Positions 58,969-64,000 of a DNA stretch of 64,000 nt are shown here, piece by piece. This DNA comes from Tardiphaga sp. Lineage in GTDB: Bacteria; Pseudomonadota; Alphaproteobacteria; Rhizobiales; Xanthobacteraceae. The stretch is taken from contig JASBVG010000064.1 of the NCBI GenBank assembly GCA_030147505.1, positions 19,431 to 83,430 on the forward strand, given 5' to 3'. The notes beneath the pieces are model-generated. The model had not been told where the DNA came from, did not search any database, and worked only from the letters and a program-made list of their open reading frames with translations. How positions within the stretch are numbered: position 1 is the stretch's first letter; each line of letters opens with the position of its first letter. The position numbers and the translations under genes are program-made.

Positions 58969-61650
58969 TTGGTTGCTTCTTTCGCCATCATTCGCCGACC
59001 GAGCTACTACACGTCGCAGCCCTCCGACTACTATCGGTCAGGCGCGGAGTCGGGTGGCGTTTGGCTGCGCGGCAACGCCAAGCTTCGCATTGTCGCGGGC
59101 ACTGCGGTCAATCCTCGTGACTTCGATTTTCTTTGCGACGGCTGCGATGCCGCGGGCAACAGGCTTGTCTCCGCGCCGCTGTTCAGGCGCAGGGCGCCGG
59201 GTGTCGATATCACGCTGTCCTCGCCCAAGTCCGTGTCCGTTTTATATGCCGCGGGCGATCCCCAGCTCCGGGCCTCCATCGCGGATGCCGAACGCGCCGC
59301 GGTGGAAGCGGTTCTGCGCCTGATCGAAAAGGAGGTCAGGCTTGCTCGCAGGGGGAAGGACGGCGTTCGGAGGGAACACGCGCTGTTTGTCGCCGGCGTA
59401 TTCACCCATTCCGAGGCCAGGCCTGAGACGCACGCGGACGGCACCGTGCTCGCCAGTGTTCAGCGCCATCATCACGTCTGCATCCCCTCCATTTGCGAGC
59501 GCTTCGACGGGACGTTTGGCGCGATCGACACGGCTGGAGACATCCGATCCTGGAAAAAAGCATTTGGAGCGGCGTTCAGAATACAACTTTCGGTTGAACT
59601 CCACCATCGCGGCTTTGCAATCGACCGCTCTGAGGATGATTGGCGCTGGTCCGTGGCGGGGGTACCGGCGCAGCTGTGCGAATATTTTTCGGCACGACGC
59701 TCGGCCATCGAGCGCGAGCTGGCCAAGGCGGGCCTCACCTCCGGTGCGGCGCCGGCCGCTGCCGCCGCCGTGGCTCGCAAGAGCCGCCGCGCGAAGGAAG
59801 AGATCAACGATGCTGGCCGCTTCGCGCAGTGGCACGAGGCGATGCATCGCCTCGGATTTGAGCCGGAAAGCGTCATTGCTGCCGCGCGCGAAGCCGGCCA
59901 GCGCCTTGCCCTCGCAAGGCAGCCCGAAGATCCGCGCGCCCGGATCCAGCAGGCGGCAGCTGCCGTCCCCAGCGAGCTGACCGAACACGAAGCCACATTC
60001 AGCCGGCGGCATGTCATCGAGACCACCTGCAATGCGCTGGTCGGCACCGGCGCTTCCGTAGATGACGCCCTCAAGCACGTGGATGACCTCATGGCCGACG
60101 GCGCCATCGTGTTGCTCGGCGAAAGCCGCGACGGCCCGGTGCTCTCCACACCGGAAATGGTTGCCATCGAGCGCCGCCTTGTTGAGACCGCCGTCGAGCT
60201 GGCACAAGCGCGGATCGCGGCGCCGGATCCCACGCATGTCCGTCACCTCTGCCGCCGAAATGGTCTCTCGGAAGAGCAAACAAACGTAGTCTTGGCGGCG
60301 ACGTCGGGGCGCCGCCTGGTCAGCATTTTGGCCCCGGCAGGAACCGGAAAGTCGACGGCGCTGAACGCCATCGCCCGCTCGTTGGAGTCGATGGGGAATC
60401 GCGTCGGCGCGGGGTATGCCGTCTGCGGCGCATCGGTTTCCTGGCGGGCCTCACTCGATGTGGGCGCCTCCGTGGGGGTGCCGTCGCTCGCCATCGACGC
60501 CTTGCTTGCGCGCATTGACCGGCGTGCGGCCGAGGGGCGTCCCGCGTTCGATCGCAAAACCATCCTCTTGGTTGATGAGAGCGGGCTTCAATCCAGCGTG
60601 CAGCTCGCCCGCCTTGTCGATCTCGTTGACGGTGACGGTGGCCTCGATAGGCCTAAAAACAATCTCTGCGGCCTCGTTATGGTGGGCGACGATAGGCAGC
60701 TGAGGCCGGTCGGTCCGGGCCATTCCATTCGTCTCGTTCGCGACGCGATTGGCGCGGTCAGCCTGTCTCAGATTCATCGGCAACGTGAACCCTGGGCACG
60801 CGAGGCCGTCCTTGCTTTTGCGTGCGGTGACGCCCAGTCGGGCTTGGCGGCCTTTCATGAGCGCGGCCTGGTCGCTTTCCACGATCAGCTCAAGTCCGCC
60901 GTCGAAGCCCTCGTCGATGATTGGTCGGTAGCACGGCTCACTTCGCCTGCCGAGCGGTTGATCGTGCTCGCCAAGACGAATGCGGAGGCCCGCGCACTCG
61001 GCGCCGCCTTGCGCAACCGCCTGCGCAGCGAAGGCCGCATCGGGCAGCGCGAGATCGTACTGCCGGCGGCCGACGCCTCCGGCAATGCTCACGCGCTCCC
61101 GGTCGCGGTCGGCGACCACCTCGTCGCCTTGCGCAGGGTCGACCGCCTCGGCGTAGTGAACGGTACGGCGCTGGAAGTCGAAGGCATCAAGACCTCGCGC
61201 CTGACCAAGACGGTTCAAATCACCGCCCGATGCGGCGACCGCAGGATCACGTTCTCGCCGACTGAATTTGCGGACGCGAAGGGACGTATCCGGCTAGCGA
61301 ACGGACTTGTGTCTACGGCATTCCGGGCGCAGGGCCTGACGGTCGATCGCGCCTTCGTATGGCTGACAGATCGCCTCGATCGCCACGACGCATACGTCAT
61401 GGCATCGCGCTCCACAGCGGAGACGCGGTGGTACGGCGCGCGCAACAGCCTCGATGCCGGTCTTCGCGCGAGCTGCGACGATCTCGATCAAACGATCGAC
61501 GATGCCCGCCGCCTGAACTACCTGGCGGAGCGACTGTCGCGCGAGCGCATCAAATCGACGACCCTCGACCTTGTCGATGTCGCAGCCATTGCCCAGCAGC
61601 ATGCGGCGCGGGCGCGGTCCCGACTGAGCGAGCTCAGCCATGAGCTCTAG
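58969..61650 (+). CDS. MOBF (TrwC-type) relaxase-helicase
   Basis: SYY...DYY, DITLSSPKSVS, FTHSEAR, QRHHH (HUH), FSARR; helicase motifs APAGTGKST, LVDE, VGDDRQL, QGLTVD. Confidence 0.92.
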   Translation: MVASFAIIRRPSYYTSQPSDYYRSGAESGGVWLRGNAKLRIVAGTAVNPRDFDFLCDGCDAAGNRLVSAPLFRRRAPGVDITLSSPKSVSVLYAAGDPQLRASIADAERAAVEAVLRLIEKEVRLARRGKDGVRREHALFVAGVFTHSEARPETHADGTVLASVQRHHHVCIPSICERFDGTFGAIDTAGDIRSWKKAFGAAFRIQLSVELHHRGFAIDRSEDDWRWSVAGVPAQLCEYFSARRSAIERELAKAGLTSGAAPAAAAAVARKSRRAKEEINDAGRFAQWHEAMHRLGFEPESVIAAAREAGQRLALARQPEDPRARIQQAAAAVPSELTEHEATFSRRHVIETTCNALVGTGASVDDALKHVDDLMADGAIVLLGESRDGPVLSTPEMVAIERRLVETAVELAQARIAAPDPTHVRHLCRRNGLSEEQTNVVLAATSGRRLVSILAPAGTGKSTALNAIARSLESMGNRVGAGYAVCGASVSWRASLDVGASVGVPSLAIDALLARIDRRAAEGRPAFDRKTILLVDESGLQSSVQLARLVDLVDGDGGLDRPKNNLCGLVMVGDDRQLRPVGPGHSIRLVRDAIGAVSLSQIHRQREPWAREAVLAFACGDAQSGLAAFHERGLVAFHDQLKSAVEALVDDWSVARLTSPAERLIVLAKTNAEARALGAALRNRLRSEGRIGQREIVLPAADASGNAHALPVAVGDHLVALRRVDRLGVVNGTALEVEGIKTSRLTKTVQITARCGDRRITFSPTEFADAKGRIRLANGLVSTAFRAQGLTVDRAFVWLTDRLDRHDAYVMASRSTAETRWYGARNSLDAGLRASCDDLDQTIDDARRLNYLAERLSRERIKSTTLDLVDVAAIAQQHAARARSRLSELSHEL

Positions 61651-61834
61651 AACAGCAAACTCAGGGCCACGGCCGATCGATCCGGAATTCTGGACTGTGG
61701 TCAACGAGCTTCCGGACCCGCTGCCGGTGACGACGGCCGAGATCGAGGCGCTCGAAAGATACTTTGGCGAGGTTCTGGATGAAGTCTTCAACCCCAGCAA
61801 CGCAAAGTCCGCTGAAATCAAATCAAAACCGTGA
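61640..61834 (+). CDS. Small acidic protein, candidate recombination directionality factor
   Basis: LPDPLPVTTAEIEALERYFGEVLDE; overlaps the relaxase stop and lies two genes upstream of the recombinase. Confidence 0.6.
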   Translation: MSSRTANSGPRPIDPEFWTVVNELPDPLPVTTAEIEALERYFGEVLDEVFNPSNAKSAEIKSKP

Positions 61835-61847
61835 AAGGAGACCAAGA

Positions 61848-62276
61848 ATGACCATTCCCCCCTTCTACAAGCCCGTCGTACTCGAGATGCCGATTGAGGC
61901 CTACGCCAAAATCGCCGTGGATGGCGGCATCTGGCTTGCCGGCGAGATCGTCGCGCACGAGCCCGGCGCCCCGTTCGCCCCCGACCCGACCTACGTGTAC
62001 AAGCCGCGGCATCGGACGGCCGTCATCGGCGGCCTCGGCGAGCTTGACGAGCCACGGCGCCATCACATGTTCATCGAAGGCTTTCTCGCGCTGCCCGAGA
62101 ACGGCGCGAAGTCGACGTTCCGCCGCCTGCTCGTGACGCACACCGAAATGCTCCACGAAGCTTTGCGGGCCGACTGGTCGCGCCGCTCGAGTAAGATCCT
62201 TATGCGCGAAGATGCGCGTCCTCGCGCGATTGCTGTTGCAACGCAGCTGCTTCCCAAGCCGCGCAATGTTCACTAG
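61848..62276 (+). CDS. Hypothetical protein (142 aa)
   Basis: AAGGAG RBS before ATG 61848 and GC3-rich codons. Confidence 0.7.
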   Translation: MTIPPFYKPVVLEMPIEAYAKIAVDGGIWLAGEIVAHEPGAPFAPDPTYVYKPRHRTAVIGGLGELDEPRRHHMFIEGFLALPENGAKSTFRRLLVTHTEMLHEALRADWSRRSSKILMREDARPRAIAVATQLLPKPRNVH

Positions 62277-62308
62277 ACTCGAACTCGTTCTACAAGAAAG
62301 CGACAGGA

Positions 62309-64000
62309 ATGGCCCGCAAGCACCTTCAAGCCGAGCAACCCAAGAGAACGTCGCGCAACGTTCTCGTGTACATCCGGACGTCAACTGAAAAACAGGCAGC
62401 AAATTTTTTGAGCCTCTACGACCAGGAGAAGCAAATCCTGGCCAAATGCGAGCGCGATGGTGAAAACGTTCTGGCAGTCTATCGCGAGGAAGGCGAGACC
62501 GCCACCAATATGAAACGGCCGGCGTTCGAGCAGATGGTGGCGCGTGCGACCGACGGTACACGCTCGGTCGATGCCATCATGGTCTATTCGTTCTCGCGTG
62601 CGTTCCGCAATCAGTTCGAGCAGGAACTGACGGTCCGTGCCTTGCGCAAGCACAAAGTCGAGTTGATCTCTTTTGCAGAACCCCTGACTAATGATGCCAG
62701 CGGCGATTTATTTCGCAAATTTATTGGGATCGTCAACGAATTCCAGTCCGCTGAAACGGCCCGCGCGACCACGAGAACGATGAAGGAAAATGCGCGTCGT
62801 GGCTACTCCAATGGTGGCGTGATCCCGTTCGGTTACAAGACGGTCGATGCTGAGCTCATTGGACACAAGCAAAAGAAAAAGCTCGCAGTTGAGCCGGTCG
62901 AAGCGGAGATCGTGATTCGTGCCTTCGATCTTGCGAGGAACGGAGATGGCGAAACCGGTCCGCTTGGGACCAAGAAGATTGCGATCTGGCTGAACGAGCG
63001 GGGTTTCCGCTCGAGAAACGGAAAGTTGTTCGGGACAGGCACAATCCATGAAATCCTGACCCGTGATGCCTATACCGGCGTCCGCAGGTTCAACGAGTAT
63101 AATCGAAAAGGTGACGGCGAGCGCAAAGATACCTCGGAGATCGTCGAATACGAGATTCCCGCAATCGTCGATCGGACGATCTTCGATCAGGTCCAGACAT
63201 TGCTCGCCTCGCGCCAGCCGAGAGCCAAGGGGCCGCGTCTGACTGCGGCGCCCTCCCTGCTGGGCGGTCTGGTGCGCTGCGATTGCGTAGAGTCCTGCGC
63301 CTTGACGACCGCGACCGGCACGTCTCGCACAGGTAAGATCTACGCGTATTACAAATGCATCCAGGCGACCAAGCAGGCGCGCCATAAAGAGAGCGAGACA
63401 GGCTGCGTGAACCGAAAGATTCCGCGCCCGGTGATCGAAAAGCTGGTCGTGGAAGCGCTGGTCGATCAGTTGCTCCAGCCCGAGCGCTTGACATCCATTC
63501 TGCTAGCTCTCAAGGCCCGCCGCGACGACCGGCAGGCGTCGGCCGACCGCCGCATAGTCGACCTTGCCAGGCAGGCCGCCGAGGCTGAGGAGCGGCTCAG
63601 CCGCCTGTACGCCGCCATTGAAGCCGGGACGATCGATGGCACCGACCCCATGCTCAAAGAGCGGGTAGCTGCCCTCAAAGACGGACGCGATCGGGCAGCC
63701 GAAGCCCTGGACTATGCAAAGAAGTCGAGCGCAAGCCCAATCGAGATTGATCCGATGGCAATCGACCGGTTCAGCCGTCTTATGCGAGAACAGCTCACGT
63801 CAGGCGATGTCGCCGCGCGTAAAGCCTATTTGTCCAGCGTGGTCGATGCAGTGATCGTTTCGGAAGACAAGATCCGGATCATTGGCTCAAATGATAACAT
63901 CCGGTCCACATTCGGCTCGAACGGGCAACCCGCCCCGCGGGTTCGCAAATCTGTTCAGGAATGGTGCCCAGGGGCGGGATCGAACCACCGACACTGCGAT
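62309..64000 (+). CDS. Large serine recombinase (integrase); runs off the window and is absent from the ORF track
   Basis: MARKHL...YIRTST (catalytic Ser), RPAFEQM, YSFSRAFRN, PFGY, LLGGLVRC...YYKC...C (Zn ribbon), coiled coil; reads into the antisense tRNA. Confidence 0.93.
   Translation, partial: MARKHLQAEQPKRTSRNVLVYIRTSTEKQAANFLSLYDQEKQILAKCERDGENVLAVYREEGETATNMKRPAFEQMVARATDGTRSVDAIMVYSFSRAFRNQFEQELTVRALRKHKVELISFAEPLTNDASGDLFRKFIGIVNEFQSAETARATTRTMKENARRGYSNGGVIPFGYKTVDAELIGHKQKKKLAVEPVEAEIVIRAFDLARNGDGETGPLGTKKIAIWLNERGFRSRNGKLFGTGTIHEILTRDAYTGVRRFNEYNRKGDGERKDTSEIVEYEIPAIVDRTIFDQVQTLLASRQPRAKGPRLTAAPSLLGGLVRCDCVESCALTTATGTSRTGKIYAYYKCIQATKQARHKESETGCVNRKIPRPVIEKLVVEALVDQLLQPERLTSILLALKARRDDRQASADRRIVDLARQAAEAEERLSRLYAAIEAGTIDGTDPMLKERVAALKDGRDRAAEALDYAKKSSASPIEIDPMAIDRFSRLMREQLTSGDVAARKAYLSSVVDAVIVSEDKIRIIGSNDNIRSTFGSNGQPAPRVRKSVQEWCPGAGSNHRHCD
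63962..64000 (-). tRNA. tRNA 3' half, probably tRNA-Phe(GAA) (partial)
   Basis: Reverse complement ATCGCAGTGTC-GGTGG-TTCGATC-CCGCC-CCTGGGC-A-CCA gives a T-arm, acceptor strand and CCA; the anticodon is outside the window, so Phe is from recall. Confidence 0.85.

Larger units (their letters stand above)
21966..63967. mobile_element. Integrative mobilisable element (~42 kb) integrated at a tRNA 3' end
   Basis: Terminal ATGGTGC cores, large serine recombinase, MOBF relaxase and T4CP; no VirB/Trb mating-pair genes seen. Confidence 0.8.

Overview
GC-rich window, probably Alphaproteobacteria (Bradyrhizobium/Rhodopseudomonas-like, inferred from gene content). Bases 1-5.8 kb look chromosomal: feoB 3' end, gamma-glutamyltransferase, thiolase, DUF4336, sirtuin, a small ORF and a NUDIX hydrolase. 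The rest reads as two islands stacked in tandem on a tRNA 3' end (probably tRNA-Phe, minus strand, at the right edge). Island 1 (~5811-21966) is old: it has a degenerate tRNA-end copy, a decayed DUF6538 integrase and a VreA/VreI/VreR/PdtA-like module (STN-TonB_C protein, ECF sigma, FecR, 4233-aa haemagglutinin); fecR and the haemagglutinin gene share a TGTCACA-N16-CGTCT promoter motif. Island 2 (21966-63967, ~42 kb) is an integrative mobilisable element bounded by ATGGTGC cores. Integration splits its large serine recombinase gene, leaving the likely native C-terminus at the far left end. It carries a MOBF relaxase, a coupling protein, a ParA-like ATPase, a helicase-like ATPase with iteron-like repeats, unknown genes, an ICE leading-region block and a decayed nirK. 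Its most striking cargo is a type I secretion system with a 2502-aa RTX protein (M23 peptidase, FrpC-type Asp-Pro self-processing module, kexin-like S8 protease with P-domain) preceded by two exported candidate immunity proteins. All family assignments are from motif recognition, not database searches.
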